A DNA stretch of 64,000 nucleotides from Planctomycetota bacterium (lineage in GTDB: Bacteria; Planctomycetota; GCA-002687715; CAIWVZ01). Location of the stretch: the NCBI GenBank assembly GCA_044222185.1, contig JBGANV010000001.1:960001-1024000 (forward strand). Reading direction: 5' to 3'. This document shows positions 26,809-36,699 of the stretch, piece after piece (position 1 is the stretch's first letter; every line of letters starts with the position of its first letter). The position numbers and the translations under genes are program-made. The notes beneath the pieces are model-generated. The model saw only the letters and a program-made list of their open reading frames with translations, was not told where the DNA came from and did no database searches.

Positions 26809-27804
26809 ATGAATGAATCTCCGGGCTACGCGGCGGTCAGGAACGGTTGCGGACTCCGGCCTCTCGTCGACATCGGCATCCTCGCCATCTCGGGCCGCGA
26901 CCGCGTCAGGTTCCTACATGGGCAATGCACCCAGGACGTGAAGGGCAAGCAGGTTCCGGACGGCGGTTACGCCTTCGTGCTCGACGGCCGGGGAACGAAC
27001 GTCGGCGACTTCACATTCACGTTGCGGGAGGATCACATCCTCTGCCGCACGGCGGGCTGGATGGCGCCGAAGCTCCAGTCCTGGCTTTCCCGATTCGTCA
27101 TCACGGAGGACGTGGCCATCGCGGATCGCACGGCGGACTTCGAGGTCCTCCAGATCGCCGGCCCGGAAGCCCGGCGGAACCTCGCCTCGCTGTTCGAGGG
27201 CGAGCTTCCGAAAGCGGAGTGCTCCGGACGCACGGGTCGGGCGTGCGGAACGACAGCCTTCGTCGTGGCGGACCGTTCGTTGGGGGAAGAGGGATTCCTC
27301 GTGTTCCTCGACTCGAATGCTGCGCCATCCGCATCGGGTTCCGTGGCCACTGCGCTGATCGCGCAAGGCGCGACGATCATCGATCCCGCCGACGCCCACA
27401 TCCTCCGCGTCGAGGCGGGCCTCCCGCTCTGGGGACCGGACATCCAGGCGGACACCCTGCCGATCGAGTCGGGACAGGAGGCGCGCGTCGTCTCATACAC
27501 CAAGGGCTGCTTCGCGGGCCAGGAGGTCGTCGCGAAGCAACGCACGGCCGGCAAGCCGCGACGAAAACTCGTCGGTGTGATCTCGGGTAAATACCCCCTT
27601 CGCTTCGACGATGCCGTCTGCATGGACGGCGAAATCGCAGGCACCGTGAGATCGCCGGCCTGGTCGCCGAAGCTGGGCGGTTGGATTGCGCTCGCCGTCG
27701 TGCGAGGGGACGCTTCCAGCGCGGTCCGGTTCGGCCTGGCACGCGCGCCGGGGTCCGGAGCCTTCCTCGAACGGGTGGATCTGCCGTTCGCCACGGGCGC
27801 GTAG
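26809..27804 (+). CDS. ygfZ: YgfZ/IBA57-like folate-binding Fe-S maturation protein
   Basis: KGCFAGQE signature on a GcvT-like fold. Confidence 0.88.
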   Translation: MNESPGYAAVRNGCGLRPLVDIGILAISGRDRVRFLHGQCTQDVKGKQVPDGGYAFVLDGRGTNVGDFTFTLREDHILCRTAGWMAPKLQSWLSRFVITEDVAIADRTADFEVLQIAGPEARRNLASLFEGELPKAECSGRTGRACGTTAFVVADRSLGEEGFLVFLDSNAAPSASGSVATALIAQGATIIDPADAHILRVEAGLPLWGPDIQADTLPIESGQEARVVSYTKGCFAGQEVVAKQRTAGKPRRKLVGVISGKYPLRFDDAVCMDGEIAGTVRSPAWSPKLGGWIALAVVRGDASSAVRFGLARAPGSGAFLERVDLPFATGA

Positions 27805-27817
27805 CCGCTCCGGACCG

Positions 27818-28171
27818 TCAAGGCTTGCGTGACAGGACGTTTGGCGGCAGCCGGAGACGTTCGACCGGGTGGCCCGCGAGGAGATGCGAGTCGACGATTT
27901 CGCGCAGATCTCCGTCCGTCACGCGGCCGTACCAGACGTTCTCCGGATAGACGACGATCACCGCGCCGTGCTCGCAGAAGTCCAGGCAGCCGGCCCCGTT
28001 GATCCGGACGCCGGAGATCTTCCGCTCCTTCACCAGGGCCTTCAGCCGCTCGCGGAGGTGTGCCGAGTCCTTCGCCGCGCAGCAGCCGCGCGGGTGCTCG
28101 GCCGCCCGCTCGTTGGTGCAGACGAAGACGTGACGCTCATAGGGGATCGTCGGCTCGTCCATCAGATTCAC
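27818..28171 (-). CDS. Thioredoxin-like [2Fe-2S] ferredoxin
   Basis: HVFVCTNER...GCC...GCLDFCEHG..VVYPENVWY. Confidence 0.9.
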   Translation of the reverse strand: MNLMDEPTIPYERHVFVCTNERAAEHPRGCCAAKDSAHLRERLKALVKERKISGVRINGAGCLDFCEHGAVIVVYPENVWYGRVTDGDLREIVDSHLLAGHPVERLRLPPNVLSRKP

Positions 28172-29337
28172 TCGGAAGTCTTGAAGAAGCGTGACAGGCG
28201 CGGCCCGCGCTGATCCTGATAGTGGTTCGACGTGCCTTCGCCGTAGGCACGCTCAGGTCGACCGGCGAGCGTCTCGAACGCAACCTTGCAGATGGGCTGG
28301 CCGTGCCGAAGGATCAGGTCGTCGTCATAGGGCCGGACCTCGAGTACGGCCGGGGTCCCACGGCCTGCGCCGTCGGGTGACCAGCCGAAACCGGGATCGA
28401 AGAAGCCCGCGTAGTGCGCGCGAAACTCCCCCGCCGACGTTTCGTACGGCAGCATTTCCACCGCGAACTCGGCCGGCACACGAAGGAACTCGCGCGTGGA
28501 GAGGATGTAGAAATGGTCGCGGCGGAGCCAGAGCCTGCCATCCGCCGGACGGCGGATCGGTTCGAAGAACTCGAGCGCGTCCTGCTCCGAACCGGGAGCG
28601 AGTTTGACTTCACGCGGCGTCTTCCGCGCGACGAACCCCACGGGGTCCTGCTCGAGGTCGACGGTGAGGAGGATGCCCCCGTCGTCGATGCGGTCGTCGG
28701 CGGCCGAGTCGAGCGTGACTCCCGAGCTGTCGTAGACGAGCGGATCCCGTTCGGCGAGGAGCGCCAGCTCTCGTGCATCCAGGATCCGCCTCTGGGCGTA
28801 GAAAATCGCCTGGTTCAGGCTCATCCCCGCGCAAAGCTCGACGTCGAACGACTTGGAGATGATCTCGAGGAACAGCTCTCCCTTGTATCCGCGCCGGATC
28901 CGGTCGTAGCGCGGATTGCGATCGGTCAGGACGCGTGTCTGCAGATCGATGCGGCCGATGCTGCTCTTCGTGTTGCAGTACGCGCCGACCGGCTCGGGGA
29001 GGTCCACGCGCTCCTCCAGTCGCACGATGTAGACCTTCCCCTGGTCGAAGATCTCGGGGCGCGAGATGTCGATGGGCTTGCGCGCGAACCTCGCGAGCAC
29101 GGCCCGCACCGGCTCGGACATGGGGAGCACGGACGCCGGCAGGCGCCAGGCCTCGCTCGAGAGCGTGAGATCGAGTGAACACGGCTGAAGGCGGCGCGGC
29201 GCCACCTCGCCTCCCGGCACGACGACGGCGCCGGACGCAATGAGCCGGCGAATTCGCCAATCCGGGAACGCACCGAGGGGTGCGATCCCGGGAAGTTCAT
29301 TCGTCTCGACGCGACTCGGGCCGCCGGTTCGGTTCAT
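28168..29337 (-). CDS. dcd: dCTP deaminase (long, duplicated-domain type)
   Basis: QPCSLDL, KSSIGRID, HYAGFFDPGFG, LEVR, YQDQ..LSRFF. Confidence 0.88.
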   Translation of the reverse strand: MNRTGGPSRVETNELPGIAPLGAFPDWRIRRLIASGAVVVPGGEVAPRRLQPCSLDLTLSSEAWRLPASVLPMSEPVRAVLARFARKPIDISRPEIFDQGKVYIVRLEERVDLPEPVGAYCNTKSSIGRIDLQTRVLTDRNPRYDRIRRGYKGELFLEIISKSFDVELCAGMSLNQAIFYAQRRILDARELALLAERDPLVYDSSGVTLDSAADDRIDDGGILLTVDLEQDPVGFVARKTPREVKLAPGSEQDALEFFEPIRRPADGRLWLRRDHFYILSTREFLRVPAEFAVEMLPYETSAGEFRAHYAGFFDPGFGWSPDGAGRGTPAVLEVRPYDDDLILRHGQPICKVAFETLAGRPERAYGEGTSNHYQDQRGPRLSRFFKTSE

Positions 29338-29352
29338 GGGTTCGACGGGGGC

Positions 29353-32300
29353 TCAGGAGCACCCGAGGCTCTGGCCGCAGTTCACGCACTTGTAGCAGGC
29401 ACCGTTTCGCACCGTGATGTGCCCGCAGACGTCGCAGAAGGGCGCGTCGCCCATGAGTCCACCGAGATGCTCGGAGAGCTGGTCGCGGCTCTTCGCGCTC
29501 GCCCGCCGCGGGTCGCCCTTCGATTCGATGAGCGAACCGAGACGCTCGCGTGCATCCAGGGCGACATCGGACGTGAGGCCCACCGATGCGACTGAATCCT
29601 CGAACTCCCGGAGGCGCTGCTGAAGGTCGGCCTTGTCCCGCTCTCGCTGCTCGTTGGCGGAAACCAGGCCCTCCTCGAGTCCGTCCGCCGGCTTGACCTG
29701 CACGAAGTCGGTCCGGCCCAGGTACTCCATGCCGAGCACGCGGAACAGGTAGTCGACGATCGACGTCGCCCACTTGATGTTCGGGTGATTGACCGGCCCC
29801 TGGGGATCGAAGCGCGTGAAGGTGAAGACGTCGACGAAGTTCTCCAACGGCACGCCGTACTGAAGTCCGAGCGACACGGCGATGGCGAAGCAGTTCATCA
29901 TGCTGCGGAAGGCTGCACCTTCCTTGTGCATGTCGATGAAGATCTCGCCGAGCGTTCCGTCCTCGTAGTTGCCGGTGCGCAGATAGACCTTCTGTCCGCC
30001 GACGTTCGCTTCCTGTGTGAATCCGAAGCGCTTCTTCGGAAGCCGACGGCGCTGGAGGATCGGAGGACGCGTCGCCGCGACCGCAGCTTCGACCTTGGCC
30101 GACGGAGGCGCGTCCGCACCGACGGACTTGGAGGGCTCGGCACCCGCCGACTTGTCCTTCGCGACCGCCGTCCGAGACGAGAGCGGTTGCGACGCCTTGC
30201 ACCCGTCGCGGTACAGGGCGACCGCCTTCAGGCCCAGTCGCCACGATTCGAAGTACGCCTCGCGCACGTCGTCCACCGTCACCTCGTTCGGCATGTTGAT
30301 CGTCTTCGAGATCGCGCCGGAGATGAATGGCTGGGCCGCGGCCATCATGCGGATGTGGCCGTAATGGTGGATGAACCGCTTGCCCTTCGTGCCGCATCGG
30401 TTCGCGCAATCGAAGACGGGCAGGTGTTCGGACTTCAGGTGAGGCGCGCCTTCCACGGTCTGCGTTCCGCAGAGGTAGTCCTCGGCCGTCTCGATCTCCT
30501 GCGGCGTGAACCCCAGGTGCTGGAGCAAGTCGAACCCGGGGCTCGACCACTGCTCCTTCGTGACGGCAAGCCGCTCGCGGCACGCATCACCAACGACGTG
30601 GGGTGCGGCCGCATGCCGCAATTCGAAAGCGCTGGGAAGCGCCGCCTCGATGGCGTCGACCTCGTTGCGGGTGAGCCCGCGCTTGACGAGCGCGTCGCGG
30701 GTGATCCCCGGCGCTCCGTCGAATTTCTGGCGGCCGAGCACGTAGCGGAGGATCTCCTCGGTCTGCTTGGGGTTGTAGCCGAGGTTTTCCAAGGCCTTCG
30801 TCACCGACGAATTGACGATCTTGAAGTAGCCACCGCCGGCGAGCTTCTTGAACTTGACGAGTGAGTAGTCGGGCTCGATGCCCGTCGTGTCACAGTCCAT
30901 CAGGAGGCCGATCGTGCCCGTGGGCGCGATGACCGTCGCCTGTGCGTTTCGGTAGCCGTAGCGCTCGCCGAGACGGACGGCGTCATCCCAGTCCTCGCGC
31001 GCCGCCCGGATCAGCGAATCGTGTCCGAACGATTCGTCGATGGCGTAGGCCGCATCGCGATGCATGTTCATGACCTTGAGCATCGGTTCGCGGTTCCGCT
31101 GGAAGCCGGGGAACGGCCCCTTCTCGCGCGCCATCTCGGCGGAGACGCGGTACGCATGCCCGGTCGTGATGGCCGTGATCGCACCACAAACCACGCGGGC
31201 CTCGTCCGAGTCGTACGGGATCCCCATCAGCATGAGGAGCGTGCCCAGGTTCGCGTAACCCAGTCCCAGCGGGCGGTAGTCGTGGCTGTTCTGGGCGATG
31301 CGCTGGATCGGATACGACGCGTAGTCGATGACGATCTCCTGCGCAACGAAGAAGATCCGAACGGCGTGGCGGTAGAGATCGATGTCGAACTGCCCGTCGT
31401 CGGTGATGAACTTCGTGAGGTTCAACGAGGCAAGGTTGCAGGCCGAGTCGTCGAGGAACATGTATTCCGAGCACGGATTGCTCGCGCGAATGCGGTCCGT
31501 GTTCGGGCAGGTGTGCCAGCGATTGATCGTCGTATCGAACTGGACACCGGGGTCGGCGCAGCGCCAGGCGGCGTACGCGACCTTGTCCATGAGTTCCTTC
31601 GCCTTGAAGGTCTTCGCGACCTTGCCCGTGGTGCGGAACGTCGTCTTCCACTCGCCGTCCGAGAGCACGGCGTCCATGAAGTCGTCCGTGACGCGCACCG
31701 AGTTGTTCGAGTTCTGCCCACCGACCGTGCGGTAGGTTTCGCCGTTGAAGTCGGCCGGGAACCCGTTCTGGATGAGGATCTGAGCCTTATCCTCCTCGCG
31801 GGCCTTCCACATGCTGAAGCGCTCGATCTCCGGATGGTCCATGTCGAGCACGACCATCTTCGCGGCGCGGCGCGTGGTTCCACCGGACTTGGTCGCCCCG
31901 GCGGCACGATCGAGCACCTCGAGGAACGACATCAGCCCCGACGACGTGCCGCCACCTCCGAGCTTCTCGCCCTCCCCTCGGATCCGGCTGAAGTTCGTGC
32001 CCGTGCCGGACCCGAACTTGAAGAGGCGCATCTCGCGCTTGACGGCGTCGGCGATGTCCATGAGGTCGTCTTCGACGCTCTGGATGAAGCATGCCGAGAG
32101 CTGCGGCCGGGTGTAGGAGTCCTTGGCCTCGGCGACGACTCCGCGCTTCTCGTCGAAGTACCACGTGCCGACGGCGCGCCCCGTGATCCCGTACTGCGCT
32201 GCCAATCCGCAGTTGAACCAGACGGGCGAGTTGAATGCCCCGTACTGGTTCACGAGGAGGTGCTTCAGTTCCGATTCGAACGTGTCCGCCTCGTCCTTGT

Positions 32301-32679
32301 CGCGGAAGTACCCGCCGAGCATCTCGCCGGCATCGCGAAGCGTGTGGGCCACGCGGTGCACGACCTGGCGGACTCCCGTCTCGTGCCCGGATCCGGGAAC
32401 GCCAGCCTTGCGGAAGTACTTGCTGACGACGATGTCCGTCGCGAGCTGAGACCAGCTCTCGGGCACCTCGGCGGACGTCATCTCGAAGACGACCGACCCG
32501 TCGGTGTTCGTGATGACCGACTTCCGCTGGACCCAGTCGACAGCATCGAGCGGGTCCACGGACTTGTCGGTGAGCTTTCGCGCAATGCCCAGGCCTACTT
32601 CATCCACCTTGAACCTCGTCGTCCCGTTCTGTTTGATTTCCCAAGTCGGCGTCATCTTCTGTCCGCTTTTCCCAGCCAT
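29353..32679 (-). CDS. nrdJ: Class II (adenosylcobalamin-dependent) ribonucleotide reductase
   Basis: [27 protein letters not shown]-terminal TSCPD-like domain and CxxC...CxxC. Confidence 0.96.
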   Translation of the reverse strand: MAGKSGQKMTPTWEIKQNGTTRFKVDEVGLGIARKLTDKSVDPLDAVDWVQRKSVITNTDGSVVFEMTSAEVPESWSQLATDIVVSKYFRKAGVPGSGHETGVRQVVHRVAHTLRDAGEMLGGYFRDKDEADTFESELKHLLVNQYGAFNSPVWFNCGLAAQYGITGRAVGTWYFDEKRGVVAEAKDSYTRPQLSACFIQSVEDDLMDIADAVKREMRLFKFGSGTGTNFSRIRGEGEKLGGGGTSSGLMSFLEVLDRAAGATKSGGTTRRAAKMVVLDMDHPEIERFSMWKAREEDKAQILIQNGFPADFNGETYRTVGGQNSNNSVRVTDDFMDAVLSDGEWKTTFRTTGKVAKTFKAKELMDKVAYAAWRCADPGVQFDTTINRWHTCPNTDRIRASNPCSEYMFLDDSACNLASLNLTKFITDDGQFDIDLYRHAVRIFFVAQEIVIDYASYPIQRIAQNSHDYRPLGLGYANLGTLLMLMGIPYDSDEARVVCGAITAITTGHAYRVSAEMAREKGPFPGFQRNREPMLKVMNMHRDAAYAIDESFGHDSLIRAAREDWDDAVRLGERYGYRNAQATVIAPTGTIGLLMDCDTTGIEPDYSLVKFKKLAGGGYFKIVNSSVTKALENLGYNPKQTEEILRYVLGRQKFDGAPGITRDALVKRGLTRNEVDAIEAALPSAFELRHAAAPHVVGDACRERLAVTKEQWSSPGFDLLQHLGFTPQEIETAEDYLCGTQTVEGAPHLKSEHLPVFDCANRCGTKGKRFIHHYGHIRMMAAAQPFISGAISKTINMPNEVTVDDVREAYFESWRLGLKAVALYRDGCKASQPLSSRTAVAKDKSAGAEPSKSVGADAPPSAKVEAAVAATRPPILQRRRLPKKRFGFTQEANVGGQKVYLRTGNYEDGTLGEIFIDMHKEGAAFRSMMNCFAIAVSLGLQYGVPLENFVDVFTFTRFDPQGPVNHPNIKWATSIVDYLFRVLGMEYLGRTDFVQVKPADGLEEGLVSANEQRERDKADLQQRLREFEDSVASVGLTSDVALDARERLGSLIESKGDPRRASAKSRDQLSEHLGGLMGDAPFCDVCGHITVRNGACYKCVNCGQSLGCS

Positions 32680-32817
32680 CTCCGCCCCCTTTTGCACCGC
32701 CCCTGCTTTCTCCCAGGGACCCCTGATCCGATGCTCCAAGCGTCCCATTCCGTGACGGAAGTCGTCCCCCACGGAGACGCTTCACTCTTCAGCCGGTAGA
32801 TGGCGGACCGCGGGAAC

Positions 32818-32833
32818 ACCCAAGATCTTGGGT
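32818..32833. promoter_or_regulatory. NrdR box
   Basis: Perfect palindrome ACCCAAGATCTTGGGT, resembling the acaCwAtATaTwGtgt consensus, just downstream of the nrdJ -10. Confidence 0.8.
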
Positions 32834-32841
32834 AGGGGGCG

Positions 32842-32869
32842 ATCATAGGTACGGGTCCCCTGCTGTCAA
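32842..32869 (-). promoter_or_regulatory. sigma70-type promoter for nrdJ
   Basis: Minus strand TTGACA-N16-TATGAT. Confidence 0.8.
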
Positions 32870-32993
32870 GCGGGCCCCACGGGTGAATGTTCGGATTCAC
32901 GGCACCAGGCCCCCCCACCCCGCTCCCGCATCCGATGCCCCCCGCCCGTGCACGCAAGCCCCTGCGGCGAGGCTCGATAGAATCCCGCCCACC

Positions 32994-33956
32994 ATGCCCG
33001 GACTGGAACTCAGACCGTTCGCCGTCACCGGGATCGGGAGCCTCCCGTTTCAAACGGCAGCGGCGGCCGTCGGGCACATCGAGGAGCACTACTGCGACCT
33101 CCCGTTCGTGCCCGAGCTGCCTCAGTCGCCTGGCGAGGCGTCCATGGTCGGCGCTGCGTGGCCGAGCGGGTGGGTCCGTGTCGAGGACCGGGTGGCCGTG
33201 GCACTGACCGACGAGGCAGCGGAGCTCTCCTCGTTCGAGTCGCGCCTCCGTACGGCAGACCCCGCCGGCACCTTCCGAGCGCGGGTCATGCGGAGTCTCC
33301 TCCCCGACGCCCGCCGGCTGCCTCGCCTGAAACTCCAGATCCCCGGGCCCATGACCGCGCTGCGTTTCACCGAGATCTTTGGGAATCCAGCGTGGGAGTT
33401 TCCCTTCCTCCGCAAGCCGGTGACCGCGTGGATCGCCCGTCTTGCGACGGAGCTCGTCACGATCGCGAGGACTCACGCCGACTCCGTACTCCTCGTCCTG
33501 GACGATCCAGCACTTGGGCTGCCGGACTTCGACGCGCCCAATCCGGCGAACGTCGCGCTCTTCGCCGACATGATCGCGGCGATCCGCGAGTCCGGGTGCT
33601 CCGTCGGATTGCACTGCTGCGCGACGTTCCCGCTCGACTTGCTGCTCCTCCTCGATCTCGACTGGGTGTCGTTGGATGCGATCCACGGCGAAGCGGAGCT
33701 CGTCCGCCGACGCCGAACCCTCGACCGATTCCTGCGGCGCGGCGCCGTGCTGGCGCTCGGCGTCGTCGATGCGCCCGAGCGGACGTCGGCGGCGGCCGCC
33801 ATCGCCCTCGTCGAGCGCCTCGGCCTCGTGCAGGAGCCGGCTATCGTGCTCACCACCACATGCGGCACGGGTCTGTTGGACGACGCGTCCGAGGCCCATG
33901 CGGTCGCCGCGCTGTCGGAAGCGGCAAAGTATCTGCGGCTGGGAGCGACGCGATGA
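32994..33956 (+). CDS. Core (folate-independent-type) methionine synthase-like protein
   Basis: TGIGSLP, PELP, GLHCC and TTCG zinc-ligand-like motifs; about 320 aa, single barrel. Confidence 0.65.
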   Translation: MPGLELRPFAVTGIGSLPFQTAAAAVGHIEEHYCDLPFVPELPQSPGEASMVGAAWPSGWVRVEDRVAVALTDEAAELSSFESRLRTADPAGTFRARVMRSLLPDARRLPRLKLQIPGPMTALRFTEIFGNPAWEFPFLRKPVTAWIARLATELVTIARTHADSVLLVLDDPALGLPDFDAPNPANVALFADMIAAIRESGCSVGLHCCATFPLDLLLLLDLDWVSLDAIHGEAELVRRRRTLDRFLRRGAVLALGVVDAPERTSAAAAIALVERLGLVQEPAIVLTTTCGTGLLDDASEAHAVAALSEAAKYLRLGATR

Positions 33957-34516
33957 GCATTGCAACGAAGAGCGGCGATGACGGAAGCACGGGCCTCTTC
34001 GGCGGCGATCGCGTCCGGAAGTGCAACCTGCGGGTTTCGGCCTACGGCGAGATCGACGAGACGAACTCCGTCGTCGGCCTCGCGCGCGCCGAAGGCGTGC
34101 TCCCCGAGGTGGACCCCGTGCTCGAACGGATCCAGGTCGATCTCTTCGATCTCGGAGCCGAGCTCGCGACGCGTCGCGAGGGAAACCCCCACGCACACCT
34201 CGTCCCCGTTTTCGACGAGCGCCCCGTCGGCGCGCTCGACTCGGCGTTGTCGACGTTCGAGCCCGCCGTCCCGCGGATGGATACGTTCATCCTGCCGGGC
34301 GGGAGCCGCACTGGCGCATGGCTTCACCTGGCGCGCACCGTGGCCCGGCGAGCCGAGCGAACCCTCGTCGCCCTCGCCGGCAGCGAGGACGTACCTGCAC
34401 CGGCGCTTCACTACATGAACCGCCTCTCGGACCTGCTCTTCATCCTCGCCCGCTACGAGAACATGAAGCGCGGCGCGCCCGAGACGAAGTGGACCCCTCG
34501 ACGCGAGACCTCCTGA
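33953..34516 (+). CDS. pduO: PduO-type cob(I)alamin adenosyltransferase
   Basis: TKSGDDGST, AYGEIDETNS, FILPGG, RRAER, NRLSDLLF. Confidence 0.93.
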   Translation: MSIATKSGDDGSTGLFGGDRVRKCNLRVSAYGEIDETNSVVGLARAEGVLPEVDPVLERIQVDLFDLGAELATRREGNPHAHLVPVFDERPVGALDSALSTFEPAVPRMDTFILPGGSRTGAWLHLARTVARRAERTLVALAGSEDVPAPALHYMNRLSDLLFILARYENMKRGAPETKWTPRRETS

Positions 34517-34953
34517 TGCCAGTCGACCGCGTTTCGTTCTCGCTGGTCGTCCGCTCCCACGAACTGGATGCCTACCGCCACGTCAACAACGCGGTCTACA
34601 TGCAATGGTTCGAGGAAGCGCGCGAGGCCTTCCTCCGGGCAGGACATCGAAACTACGACTGGTATCCGGAGAACCTGAACGTGTACCTCGTCGTCGTGCG
34701 GGCCGAGCTGGATTTCCGGCACCCCGCTCGCCGCGACGATTCCTGCTGCGTCCACACGCGGCTCGTGCGGATCGGAGAGCGAAGCCTCACGTTCCGGCAC
34801 GCGGCCGTGCGTGACGACGATCGCCTCCTCTGCGAGGGGCGGACGGTGATGGCCTTCGCGACCGACGACCGCTCTGCGCCCGTTCCCGAGGACTTCCGAG
34901 CGCGCTTCGCTGCGGCTCCCGAGGGCGACGTACCGATCGTCGCCGTACGCTGA
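34516..34953 (+). CDS. Acyl-CoA thioesterase (YbgC/FadM hotdog fold)
   Basis: DAYRHVNNAVY motif; TGATG coupling. Confidence 0.88.
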   Translation: MPVDRVSFSLVVRSHELDAYRHVNNAVYMQWFEEAREAFLRAGHRNYDWYPENLNVYLVVVRAELDFRHPARRDDSCCVHTRLVRIGERSLTFRHAAVRDDDRLLCEGRTVMAFATDDRSAPVPEDFRARFAAAPEGDVPIVAVR

Positions 34954-34956
34954 CCG

Positions 34957-35274
34957 TCAGCCGTTCGGGTAAAGGTCGGCGACGACGTAGCCGTCCTCGA
35001 GCTTCGCCGGATAGATGTCGATGCCGACACCGGGAGCACCCTTGTACATGCCCGACTTCAGGTCGAACTCCCAGCCGTGCCATGGGCACACGATGCATTG
35101 ACCGTTCACGAATCCAGCCGAAAGCGGGCCGCCGCGATGCGGGCAGGTGCCCGAGAAGGCGTGGACCTCGTCCTTGATCTTCAAGAGCACGACCGATCGG
35201 CCGTCCACCTGGATTCCACGCGGTTCCGAGTCCTTCAGGTCACCAGAGGGACAAACACGCCGAGGCTCACTCAT
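34957..35274 (-). CDS. Rieske [2Fe-2S] ferredoxin
   Basis: CPH...CPWHGWEF; ATGA overlap with the HMG-CoA lyase gene. Confidence 0.9.
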   Translation of the reverse strand: MSEPRRVCPSGDLKDSEPRGIQVDGRSVVLLKIKDEVHAFSGTCPHRGGPLSAGFVNGQCIVCPWHGWEFDLKSGMYKGAPGVGIDIYPAKLEDGYVVADLYPNG

Positions 35275-36191
35275 GAACATTCCTTCCGGGGTTCCAAGAC
35301 TGCACGACGGGCGCCGTGCACCCGTCCCGTGAACGGTCGCCCGATGACCGGCTCGAGCGGAGCAACCGCGCGAACCACGCCGTCGATGTCAGCATCGGTT
35401 CTCACACCGAGGCCGGCGAAAAGGTAGAGGACGTCCTCGGTCGCGACGTTCCCCGTCGCGCCAGGCGCAAACGGGCAACCGCCGAGGCCGCCCGCGGACG
35501 CGTCGAAAGTGCGAACGCCCTCCTCGAATGCGACGAGGACGTTGGCGACTCCCATGCCGTAGGTGTCGTGGAAGTGCCCGGCCACCCGGTCGAGCAATCC
35601 CTCTGCGGCGAGCGCGCGGCAAAGCTCCCGAACCTCGCCCGGCGTCGCCTTGCCGATGGTCTCCCCCAGGCTCACTTCATAGCAGCCGACGTCGAGCAGG
35701 CGCCGAGCGACGGAGACGGCTCGGGCGAGCGGGATCCTGCCCTCGAACGGACAGTGGAGGATCGTCGACACGTAGCCGCGCACCCGCACTCCGGCCTGTC
35801 GCGCATGCGCCAGCACGGGGTCGAACCGGGCGAAGGATTCCTCGATCGAAGCACCGATGTTCCGCGCGTTGAACGTCTCGGACGCCGCCGTGAAAACGGC
35901 TACCTCGTCCGCGCGGGCGACCAGGGCACGGGCGAGGCCCTTCTCGTTCGGGACGAGCGCCGAGTAGGTGACTCCGGGCTCGCGCGCGATCCCGAGGAGC
36001 ACGGCCTCTGCGTCGGCGAGTTGGGGGACGGCCTTCGGCGAGACGAATGCCGTGGCCTCGATCCGGCGGAGACCTGCAGTCGCGAGAGCTTCGATGAACC
36101 GGACCTTCACGCCCGTCGGGATCGGCGTCCGCTCGTTCTGGAGGCCATCCCGCGGGCCCATCTCGACGATCTGCACTCGATCCGACGTCAC
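35271..36191 (-). CDS. liuE: Hydroxymethylglutaryl-CoA lyase
   Basis: EMGPRDGLQNE, HFHDTYG, GLGGCPFAPGATGN. Confidence 0.95.
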   Translation of the reverse strand: MTSDRVQIVEMGPRDGLQNERTPIPTGVKVRFIEALATAGLRRIEATAFVSPKAVPQLADAEAVLLGIAREPGVTYSALVPNEKGLARALVARADEVAVFTAASETFNARNIGASIEESFARFDPVLAHARQAGVRVRGYVSTILHCPFEGRIPLARAVSVARRLLDVGCYEVSLGETIGKATPGEVRELCRALAAEGLLDRVAGHFHDTYGMGVANVLVAFEEGVRTFDASAGGLGGCPFAPGATGNVATEDVLYLFAGLGVRTDADIDGVVRAVAPLEPVIGRPFTGRVHGARRAVLEPRKECS

Positions 36192-36697
36192 GGTGCGGGC
36201 TCGGGCGGCGCCAGTTCGACGAGCTTGTCGCCCACGTTCACGATCTGACCTGCCTTGACGAGCACTCGTGTCACTCGCCCCGCAGCCGGAGCCGTCAAGC
36301 GATGTTCCATCTTCATCGCTTCGAGGACGAGCAGGACGTCGCGCGCGGCAACCGCTTCACCGTCAGCGACCACGACCTCGACGACCTTGCCCGTCATCGG
36401 AGCGTGGATGTCGGACATCTCGGCGGTGGATCCGCCCTTCGCTCGCCCATGGTCGACGTGGAACGCATACGTGGCTCCGTCGATCGACACCCACGTCTGC
36501 GCGCCGTCGCGAACGACGAAACCGCGGATCATGCGATCCCCGATCTTCAGCACGAGCAGGCAGTCGCCGCTGGCGACGACCTCGGCCACCACCGGTTCTG
36601 CGCCATCCATGTGGATCGCCACCCCGGACTTCGTCACCGCGGCGTGTGCCACACGAGTCGTCGCCTGGGATCGGAGGCGGATCTCGCGTTGCGCCAT
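36188..36697 (-). CDS. Biotin carboxyl carrier subunit (C-terminal part of a split MCC alpha)
   Basis: APMTG and EAMKME biotinylation motif; own GGAGG SD. Confidence 0.9.
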   Translation of the reverse strand: MAQREIRLRSQATTRVAHAAVTKSGVAIHMDGAEPVVAEVVASGDCLLVLKIGDRMIRGFVVRDGAQTWVSIDGATYAFHVDHGRAKGGSTAEMSDIHAPMTGKVVEVVVADGEAVAARDVLLVLEAMKMEHRLTAPAAGRVTRVLVKAGQIVNVGDKLVELAPPEPAP

Positions 36698-36699
36698 GA

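Noticed and set aside
29353-32679. Intein or intron in nrdJ
   Set aside because: No C/S…HN splice junctions or LAGLIDADG motifs seen, and the length fits NrdJ with a TSCPD-like tail
32680-32993. Cobalamin riboswitch between nrdJ and the met-synthase-like/pduO operon
   Set aside because: No recognisable B12-box or conserved core by eye, and the space is taken by the promoter and NrdR box. An Rfam scan would be decisive.
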